In this document: positions 51,222-62,408 of the stretch, one piece after another | How positions within the stretch are numbered: the first letter of the stretch is position 1 | Layout: each line of letters begins with the position of its first letter | Origin: an uncultured Spirochaetia bacterium | GTDB lineage: Bacteria; Desulfobacterota_D; UBA1144; Nemesobacterales; JADFKM01 | Assembly: GCA_964639895.1 (NCBI GenBank) | Contig: CAZXEJ010000006.1 | Span: forward strand, 29-64,028 | DNA length: 64,000 nucleotides | Direction: 5' to 3' | The notes under the pieces: model-generated | Seen by the model: only the letters and a program-made list of their open reading frames with translations | Databases searched by the model: none | Told to the model about the DNA's origin: nothing | Translations under genes and position numbers: made by a program

Positions 51222-52655
51222 ATGCGAAAACGATCTTCACGCAGGAAGTACTTTTACCTGTTCATCGCCGTCGTGGTTTTTGTCGCCCTCTACTTGGTCG
51301 CTCCCTACCTGGAATGGCACCCCCCGCGCGTCGAGTTGGATGTGAAATCGGGCTACGTGGGAGCGAGACCCGTCACGATAAGGCTGTCGGACGAGGGGAG
51401 GGGGCTTCGCAGGGTCGAGGTCCAGTTCCGGGACGTCCACGGAGTGACCACCCTGGCCCTCAAGGACTACGATCCCCCTGCGCCGAGCGATACGATCGTG
51501 CTCGAGCTCGACTACAAGTCCCTGGGCATGAAGGAGGGGGAGGGCGAGTTGCGTGTCAAGGCCGAGGATGCCTCGCGGCTCAGGCTGTTCTTCGGCAACA
51601 GGACGGTTGTGGCCAAGCAGGTCAAGGTGGACTTCGTCCCTCCGACCGTCTCGTCGCTGTTGAGCGGCCTCTACGTGGCCCGCGGTGGGACGGCCGTCGC
51701 CGTATATACGGCCTCGCCCGATACGGAACTGAGCGGCGTCAAGGTGGGCGACCGGTTCTTTCGCGGCACCAAGGGGTACTTCAAGAAGCCCGACATATAC
51801 CTTGTGCTGTTCACCTATCCCTACGACCAGGAGGGACCGGTGGAGGCGAGGCTTGTGGCCGTCGACAAGGCGGGTAACAGCGCCATCGGAGATCTTCCCT
51901 ATGTATTCAAAGAACGCCGTTACAAGAAAAGCACCATCAATGTGCCCGAGTCGTTCATACGGCGTAAGGTCTTGCCCCTCTACGGGGAGCGGAACGATGC
52001 GGAATCGGACGCCGATGTGTTCGTGGCCGTCAATCGACGGTTGCGCAAGAAGAATGAGCTTCAGATAGGTGAGATAACGTCCCGCATCACGCCCCGCTTC
52101 CTGTGGCAGGGGCCGTTTAAACAGCTCTCGAACTCCAAGGTGGAGGCCGGTTTCGCCGACTACCGGACGTACCTCGTCGACGGTGAGGTCGTCGACAGCG
52201 AATACCATCTTGGCTACGATCTTGCCGTCGTGCCGCACTACAGGGTTGAAGCTGCAAACGACGGCATCGTGGCGTTTGCCGGAGATCTGGGCATATACGG
52301 CAAATCGGTGATAATCGACCACGGCTTCGGCCTGTTCACTCTCTACAGCCACATGAGCTTCATAGGGGTCGATGAAGGCCAAGAGGTGAGAAAGGGTCAG
52401 ATCATCGGGCGGACCGGGCAGACGGGTCTGGCGGGTGGGGACCACCTGCACTACGGCATGTACGTTCAAGGCGTGGCCGTCGACCCCATCGAATGGTGGG
52501 ACCCGAAGTGGCTTGAGAACTCCATAGTGGAGCCCATCAAGACGATAGAGAGGGAGTACGGCGTGAGCGAGGGACACAGGAGCTTTGTGTCGCGCTATTC
52601 GTTCTACTCCAGCCGAGGCATCCTTGAGGACGGTATCAAGGCGTGTGTGCGCTGA
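51222..52655 (+). CDS. M23-family metallopeptidase (membrane-anchored)
   Basis: N-terminal TM helix; HLGYDLA, YSHMS, GDHLHY zinc motifs. Confidence 0.93.
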   Translation: MRKRSSRRKYFYLFIAVVVFVALYLVAPYLEWHPPRVELDVKSGYVGARPVTIRLSDEGRGLRRVEVQFRDVHGVTTLALKDYDPPAPSDTIVLELDYKSLGMKEGEGELRVKAEDASRLRLFFGNRTVVAKQVKVDFVPPTVSSLLSGLYVARGGTAVAVYTASPDTELSGVKVGDRFFRGTKGYFKKPDIYLVLFTYPYDQEGPVEARLVAVDKAGNSAIGDLPYVFKERRYKKSTINVPESFIRRKVLPLYGERNDAESDADVFVAVNRRLRKKNELQIGEITSRITPRFLWQGPFKQLSNSKVEAGFADYRTYLVDGEVVDSEYHLGYDLAVVPHYRVEAANDGIVAFAGDLGIYGKSVIIDHGFGLFTLYSHMSFIGVDEGQEVRKGQIIGRTGQTGLAGGDHLHYGMYVQGVAVDPIEWWDPKWLENSIVEPIKTIEREYGVSEGHRSFVSRYSFYSSRGILEDGIKACVR

Positions 52656-53413
52656 TGGTTGTCTCGGGCGTGAATGCCGTGAGGGAGGCGCTGCTTACAT
52701 GTCCGGAGAGGATACGGGAGGTTGTGTTCGCCGAAGGGCGCCCCGGTGGCAGGCGGGACGATCTGGTGGCATTGGCCTCCCGATGCGGCGTCGTCGTCAA
52801 GTGGGGCGGTCGAGCAGTTCTCGATAGGATCGCTGGTACCCCTTCTCACCAGGGGGTGGCTGCACGCCTGGACGGCTTTCCTTATGCCGCGCTCTCGGAC
52901 CTCGTCTCAGAGAGTTCTGCCGCTCCCCCTTCGGGCGGGCGTGTCGTCGTAGTGCTGGACCACGTCGAGGATCCCCAGAATCTTGGTGCCATCATAAGGA
53001 GCGCGGCCTTCTTCGGTTGTTCCGGCGTAGTGATACCCAAGGCGCGTGCCGCCAGAGTCACGTCCTCCGTGGTAAAGGCATCGGCGGGGTGCGTGTTCAG
53101 GGTCCCCGTCGCAATGGTGGCGAACATCGCCTCCTCGCTGGATGCCCTGAAGCGCGAGGGGTTCTGGGTGATAGGGGCGGTGGCCGAAGGCGGGGCAGCG
53201 CCCTGGGAAGCGCCCGGAGCCGGGGAAGACTTGGCCCTCGTTATAGGAAACGAGAACAAGGGAATCTCCAGGCTGGTGCGGAAGAAGTGTGATTTCCTGG
53301 TATCCATTCCCTCCGCCACGGAGGATGTGGACTCGCTCAACGCATCGGCGGCCGCAGCAGTGCTGATCTACGAGCTACGGCGCACTAAGCTTGGGGGTCG
53401 CCGGAAGCCCTGA
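52655..53413 (+). CDS. rlmB: 23S rRNA Gm2251 2'-O-methyltransferase RlmB
   Basis: HQGVAA, LDHVEDPQNLGAIIRSA, KASAG, IGNENKG, DSLNASAAAA; TGATG coupling with the M23 gene. Confidence 0.92.
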   Translation: MVVSGVNAVREALLTCPERIREVVFAEGRPGGRRDDLVALASRCGVVVKWGGRAVLDRIAGTPSHQGVAARLDGFPYAALSDLVSESSAAPPSGGRVVVVLDHVEDPQNLGAIIRSAAFFGCSGVVIPKARAARVTSSVVKASAGCVFRVPVAMVANIASSLDALKREGFWVIGAVAEGGAAPWEAPGAGEDLALVIGNENKGISRLVRKKCDFLVSIPSATEDVDSLNASAAAAVLIYELRRTKLGGRRKP

Positions 53414-54797
53414 TGTGTGGGGTCGCGGGACCCAAAAGGCAGCGGCGCATGCGGCGGTCGAGGGGTTGTCCCAGGCGCCAGTCCGTGGGCAGAGCTTTAG
53501 GGTGGCCGTCTCCCGCTTCGGTCGGGTTTGTGGGACCACACCTCACTTAGTCCCTGTGCCCCTCGCCCGCAACAAATCCTCTTTCCTCCCTCCGCGGCGA
53601 TCCCCACACGCCGCCGAGAGGTGTCTTGGGCATGGGGGGCGGGGCTCGATCGCCTCATAGTGGATGCGGGCACCTTCCTGTGGGGTGCGGCGAAACGACC
53701 AAGCGGGTGGAGGAAGCCTTGCCGGTCGGCCGTCGTGCGGCGCCTCCTCGTGTCACTTTGCCCGGAAAGGATGATCCATGTACTCAGCCGACACATCCCT
53801 TGCGCGTCCGTAAAGGGGAATGAGCGCCCGTTGGGGAGAACGGCGATCATGGTTTCATACCCCAACAGGCTCCGCTGGGGAGCGGTCGGCGTTCCCTTTA
53901 GGCGGTCGGGGTGAGGTGGGGCGCCCGAAGGGGTGAGATGGACCGCTCTCGCTCTTGTCCCGGTACGGGGAATGGGATTCCGGTGGCATGACGCGCCCCC
54001 GCGTCGCGATCCTGCGGCCGGGCCTAGGACAGAAGCGAGTATATGGGGATTCGGCGGGAGGGGCATGCATCCTATCCCTACCTTTGCCTCTCCCTCCTCG
54101 GTCGTCGCGTTGCGGTTTTTCCGCAGACCCACTGCCGGGCCGGAGGCCGGTGGAAGGCGGGAAGTGCGGTGGTCACGATCGCCTTGGTGAACTTGAGGCT
54201 TGACAAAACCAACGTCCCCCACTCCAAGAGAAGGAGAGAGCCGGCAGCGGCTACTCTACTCGTGCCTGTTCCGAGGCGGCCCACATGCTTCGTAGTGTGC
54301 CTGGTCCCGATTGTGCGTTATATGGGACGCTGTCAAAGATGATTCGGTGGTCGCCCCTCTGCTCTGCCTTTGCGGGCGAATCACCTGCTTTGGTGGCTGT
54401 TAAGGCGGCTGAAGTGGTGCGGTCCCCTCCGGGGCGTTTTCGTTGGGTCCGCCTACGGAGGGCGTCCTGTGAGCGCGACGATGGTCGGATTTTCTACAGG
54501 GGAGTGGGACCGCTGCGCCGAGGGGGCTTCCACGACCAGCGAGAGCGGCCTCGGAAAGGAACTCTCTTTTCTGTTCTCAGTGAGGTGCGGGCGGTGCCGC
54601 TGGAGGCCGCTGCCGGGACATGCCGCTGGATCCACGGACGGAATCGAGTGGGAAAACGTCTCTGGGGGAGCGTGCCGTAAGGAGGCACGTGGATTGTATC
54701 CCGTCCAGTCCCTGCCGCGCCCCCGTGGCAGGGTTCGTTCGAGTATATCTGGCCGGTCTCTATGCGTGTACGGTCCCCAGGCTATGCCGAGTTCCAC

Positions 54798-55448
54798 TCA
54801 TCGCTCCTTCAGTGCTCGGCGCCTGAACTTCTCCTTCCATTCGGGCGAGAGGGCCTCCATGGAAGCTGCCTTGAGGAGGGACGCCTCGTCGGCGTCCTTG
54901 CGCAGCATGAGTTCTACGACTTGCTCCACCGTCATGGCTTGTGCGTCCCTTTCGAGGAGGGTTATGGCGTCACCGGCTCGAAGTGTTCCCTCCTGGAGTA
55001 CGCGCATGTAGAAACCCACGCGCTTGCTTTTAAGGAAAAGGGAGGGGAAGTCCTGCCTGCCCATCTTCATGGCCAGCTTGAAGCACGGCGTGCGCGGCTG
55101 GGATACCTGCAGTACGGTCGTGCCGATCTTCAGCACGTCGCCGATGTGTATTTCGTTCTCCATCGCCCCTTGTGTAGTGAGGTTCTCTCCGAAGTGGCCG
55201 TAGCTTGTAAGCTCCCTGCCCAATACGTTCGACCAGTAGGGGTAGTGTTCGAGGGGATAGGCGTAGACGGCCTTGTGCGGGCCTCCGTGCACGCTGAGGT
55301 CGGCTTGTCCGTCCCCGTCTATGTTGGTTGTGCCGACGCTCACCGATCCCGTGACCGGCTCCTTGAATATGCCGGTCTCGAACTCCCTGCCCTCGTAGGC
55401 AACCTTACGTGGAAGTGAGACGTTGACCGAGACGAGCTTCATCCCCAT
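54798..55448 (-). CDS. MOSC-domain protein (YiiM-like, with 3-alpha tail)
   Basis: TGIFKEP, DGQADLSVHGGPHKAVYAY, FGENLT, VSQPRTPCFKL, GFYMRVLQEG. Confidence 0.93.
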   Translation of the reverse strand: MGMKLVSVNVSLPRKVAYEGREFETGIFKEPVTGSVSVGTTNIDGDGQADLSVHGGPHKAVYAYPLEHYPYWSNVLGRELTSYGHFGENLTTQGAMENEIHIGDVLKIGTTVLQVSQPRTPCFKLAMKMGRQDFPSLFLKSKRVGFYMRVLQEGTLRAGDAITLLERDAQAMTVEQVVELMLRKDADEASLLKAASMEALSPEWKEKFRRRALKER

Positions 55449-55791
55449 TGCGTGCTCCGTTGAGTGATGGTTCCGGCTGCCCCCACCTGTTTGTGATGCG
55501 TCCGAGAGCGCCGTGCCGTCGCCTACTCGCTGGCGGTTCTCCTCTCTTTCCTTGTGGGGCACCTCGGGCCCGGGAAGCGTCACGGGTGAGCCGCCGTTGT
55601 CGTTTGCCTCTGTGACGGCTGCAGCCGATGAGGGCTCCTCCCTGACGCCGTACTCCGTCAGGGGGGTAGGAGGGCTTTTCACGGGTGGGGTTGAAAGCCC
55701 ATCCACCACGATGTCTCGGCCGCATCCGCAAGCGCCGGGCGGAAGCCGTTCTGAAAGGCACCGCGTAATGTAGTTGACTAGACGGTGATGA

Positions 55792-57432
55792 TCAGGCCGC
55801 GATTCCCTGCAGAATCTCTTCCACCTTGGATTCGACCTCTTTCACCCCTTCGACCTGCGAGGCGTTTATCCTGTCCAAGGCTTCGCGCCCCATCTGGAGA
55901 GTGGTCTTGAACGAAGGGTCTCTCTTCGAGTCGAGTTCGGCCAAGGGGGCTATGACGTTGCGTATCAATCTCGTGTGGGCCTCGATGGCGCTTCTGCGGA
56001 CGCGGCCGTAGCCCTTTATGAGCGATCCGCTCTCGGCCACGAGGAGTCCCAGATCGTAGTTGAGCTTGGTGTATCTTATGACGGCCTCTTTGTAGCGTTC
56101 TGCGAGCTTGCGCTCCTCTCTGTACCTGTAGGACCATGGGCGCATGAACTTTAGTTTGGATACTAGCCACAGCCTCAGAAATCCGAGGAACGACGTGGTG
56201 ACCGGCCTCTGCTCGAGCGTGATGGTGCGGTTGCCGATGATCCTCTTTACCATCCTTGAGCCGAGGATCTTGACGAACGGTTTTACCACGAAGTAGGGTA
56301 GGAGGCCGTATATCTCATAGGCGTCAGGTTTGAGGTAGTCGCTTACCCTGTATATCTGCTCGTTACCTATTCTCATATCCTCGGCTATCTTGCGGAACCT
56401 CTCGGACCTGATCTTTAGCTCGGCCACCCGGATCCCGTCTTCGTAGGTGATCCATAGCGCGTAGTTCTTGGCAAAGGTCTCCGTCACGCGGAATCCCTCG
56501 CCGTACTCCACGTCAACGCTGTACACGTCGTCCAGATCGTCCAGATAGGAGAGTGCATACTTGACGCCCTGGTAGTCGATCAATCTGTAGATGGCCTCGG
56601 CCAGTATCTCCTTGAGATGTATGGGGTAGCGCTGCATGGAGAGGGCGACCAACTCCCTGAACGCCTCGGCCCTGTTGCCCCCCAACTTGGAGGCCCTTTC
56701 CCAGAGAAAGCTCTCCCAGCTCCCGCCGCCTCTCTCTGGTTCCTCCTTTTCGTGGCGCCCATCCTTGACGTAGTCCCAGCCGATGCGGAAGGCCTTGATG
56801 TTGGACTCCACCATTACGCGCGAGCTCTCGATGGCCTTCAGATACGAGGCCTCTCCCAGGGGCAGGGCGCCCGACGCACCCAGTGCGCCGAGCAGGATGG
56901 CGTTGATGCTGAGCTCGCCCATGCCGTGTTGCTTGGCCAGGGCGAGTGCGTCTATACCGATGAATTTCTTCGAGAACTCGGTGGCGAGAGCCCGTATGTT
57001 CTCACTCGAGTAGACACCTTTGGTGGAAGGGAGCTTCTCCAGGGTGGAGTAGATACGGTGGGTGCTGGAGACGGTGACGGTCTTCTCCGGCGACCCGTAT
57101 CCCTCTTCGAGAACCCTTCCAAGCTCAAGGAACTCCTGGCACAGTATGACGTCCACATCGCCCGGGACGGGATACTGTGCGAAGACCACTCGCTTGTCGG
57201 GGTCGTCGATGTGGGGATGGGCTTCCAGGTAGTAGGTGGTCGAGCCGCCGCGCTGAGAGAGGCCCGGCAGGCCGACGCCCTGGACGTCGTAGTTCTCGTA
57301 GTGGAAGGCCTGGACCAGCCATTCGGTCAGGACGCCTCCACCCTGACCGCCCACGGCCGGTATCAGTATCTTTATGAGGCCGCCCGAAGCCGCCCTTCTT
57401 CTGTTGTCGAGCTCGGTCACGTCACCACCCAT
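55792..57432 (-). CDS. Indolepyruvate:ferredoxin oxidoreductase-like beta subunit (long form)
   Basis: AVGGQGGGVL, PGLSQRGGSTTYYLE, LIDYQG, YEDGIRVAELK, LIKGYG. Confidence 0.88.
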   Translation of the reverse strand: MGGDVTELDNRRRAASGGLIKILIPAVGGQGGGVLTEWLVQAFHYENYDVQGVGLPGLSQRGGSTTYYLEAHPHIDDPDKRVVFAQYPVPGDVDVILCQEFLELGRVLEEGYGSPEKTVTVSSTHRIYSTLEKLPSTKGVYSSENIRALATEFSKKFIGIDALALAKQHGMGELSINAILLGALGASGALPLGEASYLKAIESSRVMVESNIKAFRIGWDYVKDGRHEKEEPERGGGSWESFLWERASKLGGNRAEAFRELVALSMQRYPIHLKEILAEAIYRLIDYQGVKYALSYLDDLDDVYSVDVEYGEGFRVTETFAKNYALWITYEDGIRVAELKIRSERFRKIAEDMRIGNEQIYRVSDYLKPDAYEIYGLLPYFVVKPFVKILGSRMVKRIIGNRTITLEQRPVTTSFLGFLRLWLVSKLKFMRPWSYRYREERKLAERYKEAVIRYTKLNYDLGLLVAESGSLIKGYGRVRRSAIEAHTRLIRNVIAPLAELDSKRDPSFKTTLQMGREALDRINASQVEGVKEVESKVEEILQGIAA

Positions 57433-57471
57433 AATACAACACTGCTCGCCGCGTTGGCAAATTCCCTCTCC

Positions 57472-59604
57472 TCAGTGGGACGGCCCGTCGCCCGATATGA
57501 GGCCGATCAAGGCGCGGTTGACGCGGTCCCGCAGCCTGTCGAAGAGCGACGGGTTGTTGATGACCTCCACTTTGTAGAAGGCCGGACACAGGACGGCGGC
57601 GTGGGCTATCTCGCCGCACAGGCCGCATCCTACGCACGAGTGCTCGATGTAGGCGATCGGATCGTCCCGCAGCACGCTGGGGCTGTCCTTGAGCGTGAGC
57701 GACGGACAGCCGTTGTACCGCATGCAGGAGTGATCGCCCGTACATACGTCCTCGTCGACACCGAGTCGGGTATTGACGACGCGCTTGCCACGCTGGAGAC
57801 GCTTTCTCAGCAGCGGCCGCTCGCGGCGCTGCTTCTCTAGCATGCATTCGCCCACCGATAGTATGACCTTGAGTCCCTCTTCGGTCTTGTAGGCCTCTCT
57901 CAACACCTCGAGCGATTCCTTCAGATCATAGGGGTTGACCTTTCGTATCCACTCGATGCCCGCTCCCCGGAGCGCCTTTTCGATGTCCATCATCACGCCC
58001 TCTTTCCTCATGTTGGCGCCCGAGGCGGGGTTCTCGTGCGCCCCCGTCATGGAGGTCCAGAAGTTCTCCAGTATGATCAGGATGGCGTTCTGCTTGTTGT
58101 AGACGGCATTGGCGATGCTTGTCGTAAGGCCGCTGTGCCAGAACGTGCCGTCGCCCATGAACGAGATGACGCGCTTGTTCGACATGCGCGACAGCGCGCT
58201 GGCGGACGCAAGCCCTATGCCCATGCCTGTGATGGAGTCGCTCAGGTCGAAGGGCGGCATGCCGCTCATCGAGTAGCAACCTATGTCGGATGCGTAGTAC
58301 GAGCGGCCGAACTCCTCTTCGAGGATCTTTATCGCCGTAAATATGGGGCGCTCGGGACATCCGGTGCAGAAGACCGGGTTGCGCTTGGTGACGGGCTGCG
58401 AGAGGAACTGCTTGGCCCGCGCCTTGTGCTTCTCGATCTTCTCGCTCAGGGCGCGTATGGTGTCGCGCTTGGCCGGCGAGTCGGCCTTCTTCATCAGGAA
58501 CGCACCCACCCCCTTTATGATGTGGTCGGGCGTGTACTCGCCGGCTTCGGGCAGTATGTCCTTGCCGTAGATTTCAACATCCAGGCCCGCCCGCTGCACG
58601 ATGGCCCGTATCTGCTCCTCGATGAGGTTGGGCATTCCCTCTTCGACGATGAGCACCGCCTTCTTGTCCTTTACGAAATCGATTATCTCCTCGGGCACGA
58701 GCGGGTTGATGACGTTGAGACACAGGATGGGGACGGATGAGGAGCCGTAGATGTCGGCCTCGCCCAGGTTGTGGAGGCAGCGCATCAGCGAGTTGAACAC
58801 GGTTCCCTGCGTGATCATGCCCACCGTTTCGTCTTCACCGGGGAAGAGCTCGTTGAGGTGGTGCTTCCTGATGTAGTCGCGGGCTGCGGGCATGCGCTCT
58901 GAGAACTTGAGCCGCTCCTGCTGGAATGTGTAGGGGGGAAGCGGTATCTTCTCGAGGTTGGTCTTGAGGTCTTGGAGGGGCGACTTGGTGCTTATGGGGG
59001 GCGTGACGTTGTCCTTGCACTTTATCTGGCCCTTTATGTGGGCGATGCGCGTCGAGAGGACGAACATAACCGGCGTGTGCGAGTACTCGGACAGGGCGAA
59101 CGAGTGCTCTATCATGTCGGCTATGTGCTGTAGGTCGCCGCGCGGATCGACGACGGGCATCGTCGATTTGAGCGCAATGGGAAGGGCCTTCTCTGCGACG
59201 CAGGTGCTGTCACAGCCGTAGTCTTCGCCGACGATGACCACCGCTCCGCCGGTCACGCCGGACGAGCAGATGTGGGCCAGGGCGTCGGAGGCCACGTTCG
59301 TGCCAACGATCTTCCAGTTCACGGTGCCGCGTATGGGGTAGTTGATCGAGGCCGACAACAACGCTGCGGCCGAGGCCTCGTTGCCCGAGCAGTCGAAGTA
59401 GACGCCCATCTCCTTAAGCACGGGCTCATAGGCGTCCGCGGTGGCGTCGATTATCCCCGCCGTAGGAGAGCCCGGGTAGCCACCGATGTAGCTTATGCCG
59501 GACTGCAGGCACGCCTTGAGCACGACGAGGGGGGCGTCGCCGAAAAGGGTCTTTCCCTCACCGTAACGAAGTTGCTCGATGGTTTCTTTCTTGTATGTCG
59601 CCAT
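57472..59604 (-). CDS. Indolepyruvate:ferredoxin oxidoreductase-like alpha subunit
   Basis: GGYPGSP, FCTGCPERP, DIGCY, TPP motif GDGTFWHSG, C-terminal ferredoxin CTGDHSC..CP..CVGCGLC; GGGAG RBS before ATG 59604. Confidence 0.92.
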   Translation of the reverse strand: MATYKKETIEQLRYGEGKTLFGDAPLVVLKACLQSGISYIGGYPGSPTAGIIDATADAYEPVLKEMGVYFDCSGNEASAAALLSASINYPIRGTVNWKIVGTNVASDALAHICSSGVTGGAVVIVGEDYGCDSTCVAEKALPIALKSTMPVVDPRGDLQHIADMIEHSFALSEYSHTPVMFVLSTRIAHIKGQIKCKDNVTPPISTKSPLQDLKTNLEKIPLPPYTFQQERLKFSERMPAARDYIRKHHLNELFPGEDETVGMITQGTVFNSLMRCLHNLGEADIYGSSSVPILCLNVINPLVPEEIIDFVKDKKAVLIVEEGMPNLIEEQIRAIVQRAGLDVEIYGKDILPEAGEYTPDHIIKGVGAFLMKKADSPAKRDTIRALSEKIEKHKARAKQFLSQPVTKRNPVFCTGCPERPIFTAIKILEEEFGRSYYASDIGCYSMSGMPPFDLSDSITGMGIGLASASALSRMSNKRVISFMGDGTFWHSGLTTSIANAVYNKQNAILIILENFWTSMTGAHENPASGANMRKEGVMMDIEKALRGAGIEWIRKVNPYDLKESLEVLREAYKTEEGLKVILSVGECMLEKQRRERPLLRKRLQRGKRVVNTRLGVDEDVCTGDHSCMRYNGCPSLTLKDSPSVLRDDPIAYIEHSCVGCGLCGEIAHAAVLCPAFYKVEVINNPSLFDRLRDRVNRALIGLISGDGPSH

Positions 59605-60001
59605 TGGGTTCTCCCTAACTAACGAGACGGAGGCGATGGGTGAAGTGCGAATCGCAAGAGCAGTTGAAGTTTGGATTTTAGATGAAATGTACCTGAAAAC
59701 GGCCCTCATCTCCAGTGGGATTTCGCCGCCGGCTCGGTGTAGGGCCGTCCCTGGTTATTGAGGAGAGGGCGGTGCCGTGGTAGGAAAGGCTTGCGTCCCC
59801 AGGGGGGATAAGGAGGCTGTCGGCTCAGGGGCACATCTAGGGACTTGAGTACGGCGGCTGCGCCTCCCTGGTTCTACGGAGGCAATGAAGCCGGCACGTG
59901 ACTGCCGGCCGGTACTCCCCTCCCTATGGTATTGAGTCGCCGCCTCCCGCCTGGCGGGTGGATCGTCCCTGCCGTAGAAGGCGGGGGGGATTACGTTCGA
60001 A

Positions 60002-60712
60002 TCAGCCGGCAGGTGGAACGTGGCCGGCCTGCAGCGCGCGCCTCAGTTCCCCCACCCATTTGTCGGCAAGGCGTGTGGGTTCGGGCAACCTGTAACCCCG
60101 TGCACATGCGGCCACTATCCTTACGGCCGATGACAATCCGATACGGTGGCCCACCGACACGAACACCGGCTTCACTCGTCGCCGCGTCCTGAGGACTGCG
60201 CCGATCACACGACCACTCACCGGGTGGAGGAGCTGCGATAGGCCGCCCTCGAATTGCGGCGGTTCACGGTAGTTGCCGTAGAGCTTTTTCTTCGCGACAC
60301 CGATGGTGGGGACGTCCAGCAACACCCCGACGTGGCTTGCTATTCCCACACCCCGTGGGTGCGCGATCCCGTGCCCGTCGCAAATGAGTACGTCGGGTTT
60401 CCGTGAGAGCAAGGTCCATGCCTGCATAATGGCGGGCCCTTCACGGAACGCGAGGAAGCCGGGTACGTAGGGGAACCTCTCGGGCACCGTCACCCAAACA
60501 CGCTCCTTCTCTTCGAGCCGGGGGAAGGAGAACACGATGATGCCGCAGACGAGCTCTCGCCGGCTGCGCACGAAAGAAAGGTCACACCCTGCCACCAGCC
60601 GGAGCCTACTTATGGTCCCACGAGTGACGATTTTCTTCTGCAATTCCCTCTGAATCTCGCGGGCCTCATCGACCGTGCGCGGTACGGCGTAGGAGGGGGT
60701 GGTTCGTTCCAT
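60002..60712 (-). CDS. nfi: Endonuclease V
   Basis: AGCDLSF, PYVPGFLAFRE, DGHGIAHPRGVGIASH, IGVAK, VSVGH, RLPEPTRLAD. Confidence 0.96.
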   Translation of the reverse strand: MERTTPSYAVPRTVDEAREIQRELQKKIVTRGTISRLRLVAGCDLSFVRSRRELVCGIIVFSFPRLEEKERVWVTVPERFPYVPGFLAFREGPAIMQAWTLLSRKPDVLICDGHGIAHPRGVGIASHVGVLLDVPTIGVAKKKLYGNYREPPQFEGGLSQLLHPVSGRVIGAVLRTRRRVKPVFVSVGHRIGLSSAVRIVAACARGYRLPEPTRLADKWVGELRRALQAGHVPPAG

Positions 60713-61841
60713 GACTCCATTGAAAATGGTATATGCTGCATCGTCGATGTCCAGACTCTGAGGCGGTGCATCCTGCAGGCGCCGCTGAGACGGATGATTC
60801 GATGCCGAGCCCGAGGGTTGGGCCCGGTGCTCATGCCGAGTGAGGCGTGCTGAGTGGCCATGATGTGGGCCGTAGGGAGAAGAAAGTGGGGCTGGACCAA
60901 CGTGTCACGTACCACGTGAGTGTAGGCGGCGGGGCTTGCCCCGGCTGTGAGGGTCTTTTATGGGGTGGGGAGGCGACGGGGGGGGGCGCCGGCTCGAAGC
61001 GGTAAGGACGGGGTGGGCTGGTGGCCGTGCCGTGGAGTGCACCGAGGCGCCCTCGCATGAGCGATGCATTGTAGATTGGGCTCCAGCCTGCGTCGCGTGG
61101 ATGAAGGGCCGTTTGTCTCTTCCCCGAGCGGGTCGCTCCTTCCGCCTCAGCGCTGGAGGGAGCGTTTGAGGAGATAGTGACTTGAAGACAGGCCCCTGTG
61201 CAACCCCGCGGAGAAGGATGAGGTGGGCGCACCCCTGTGGCACCGCGGGACGGTTGGATAAGGCATCGTTGAAGAAAGGAAGGTATGCGTACCGGGGTAG
61301 TGGGAGGAGGCCTTCTCTCTCTTCAAGCCCCATCTACGTTGTGGAATATGTGGGGGAGGAGGTGGGTTGTGTTTCAGCACTCTATGGCGTGCCGGCTAGT
61401 GGCGGATTTCCCCGCTCATTACCGCCGGCGGTCATCAGCGCGGGCCGTAGACGAGCCGTAGCTGGGCCTCCATCGATTACGCCTGCGCTGGGTAAGCGAG
61501 GCGAGTGCCGTATCGCCCCACTTTTTGCCGGCTTCCGGAGGGGTGGGGCTTGAAGCAGCGGCGTTGCGGAGTATCGCACCGTTGGGTCGTGGGTGCTGTC
61601 GGAGTTGTGCCGTACTCGTTTGGTGCTGGACGTTCGTCCGTAATAGATGGTTGAGCACAGTCGGATGCCGTTTTGCTCACTAGACCACCACAGCACTGTT
61701 ATGCCGTCGTACGTCCTCTCCCCACGGAGGCTCTCGTCCCTGCCCCGCACAGCCCGAGTGGGAGATTGAGTGGGTCGGCTCTCTATGGTACTATCCCCTG
61801 ACTTGAAGTTCATACTCCAATGTTCTGGGGGCTAGACAGCC

Positions 61842-62408
61842 ATGGGACTCAAGCCTGATCACTGGATAAGACGGATGGCCATTGAGCACAAGATGATTGA
61901 ACCCTTCGTGGACAGGACCGTCTCCGAGGAGGGGGGGAAGAAGGTCATCTCCTACGGGCTCTCCTCCTACGGCTACGACATACGGGTGAGCGACGAATTC
62001 AAAGTGTTCACCAACGTCTACAGCACCGTGGTTGATCCGAAGCAGTTCAGCCCCAAGTCGTTCATCGACATCAAGACCGACGTATGCATCATCCCCCCCA
62101 ACTCTTTCGCCTTGGCGAGGACGGTGGAATACTTCAGGATACCGAGGAACGTCCTCACCGTCTGCCTCGGCAAGTCCACCTATGCCCGTACCGGCATCAT
62201 CACCAACGTTACCCCTTTCGAACCCGAGTGGGAGGGATACGTAACGCTTGAGATATCCAACACTACTCCCCTCCCTGCAAAGATATATGCAAACGAAGGC
62301 ATAGCCCAGGTCCTGTTCTTCGAGGCGGATGAGGTATGCGAAACCTCCTACGCCGACAAGAAGGGCAAGTATCAGCGCCAGACGGGCATAACGCCGCCCC
62401 GCGTCTGA
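61842..62408 (+). CDS. dcd: dCTP deaminase
   Basis: [46 protein letters not shown]. Confidence 0.97.
   Translation: MGLKPDHWIRRMAIEHKMIEPFVDRTVSEEGGKKVISYGLSSYGYDIRVSDEFKVFTNVYSTVVDPKQFSPKSFIDIKTDVCIIPPNSFALARTVEYFRIPRNVLTVCLGKSTYARTGIITNVTPFEPEWEGYVTLEISNTTPLPAKIYANEGIAQVLFFEADEVCETSYADKKGKYQRQTGITPPRV

Noticed and set aside
40733-62408. nfo, YiiM-like MOSC, nfi and dcd as a base-damage island
   Set aside because: They are spread over 22 kb in separate transcription units among unrelated genes; ordinary housekeeping.
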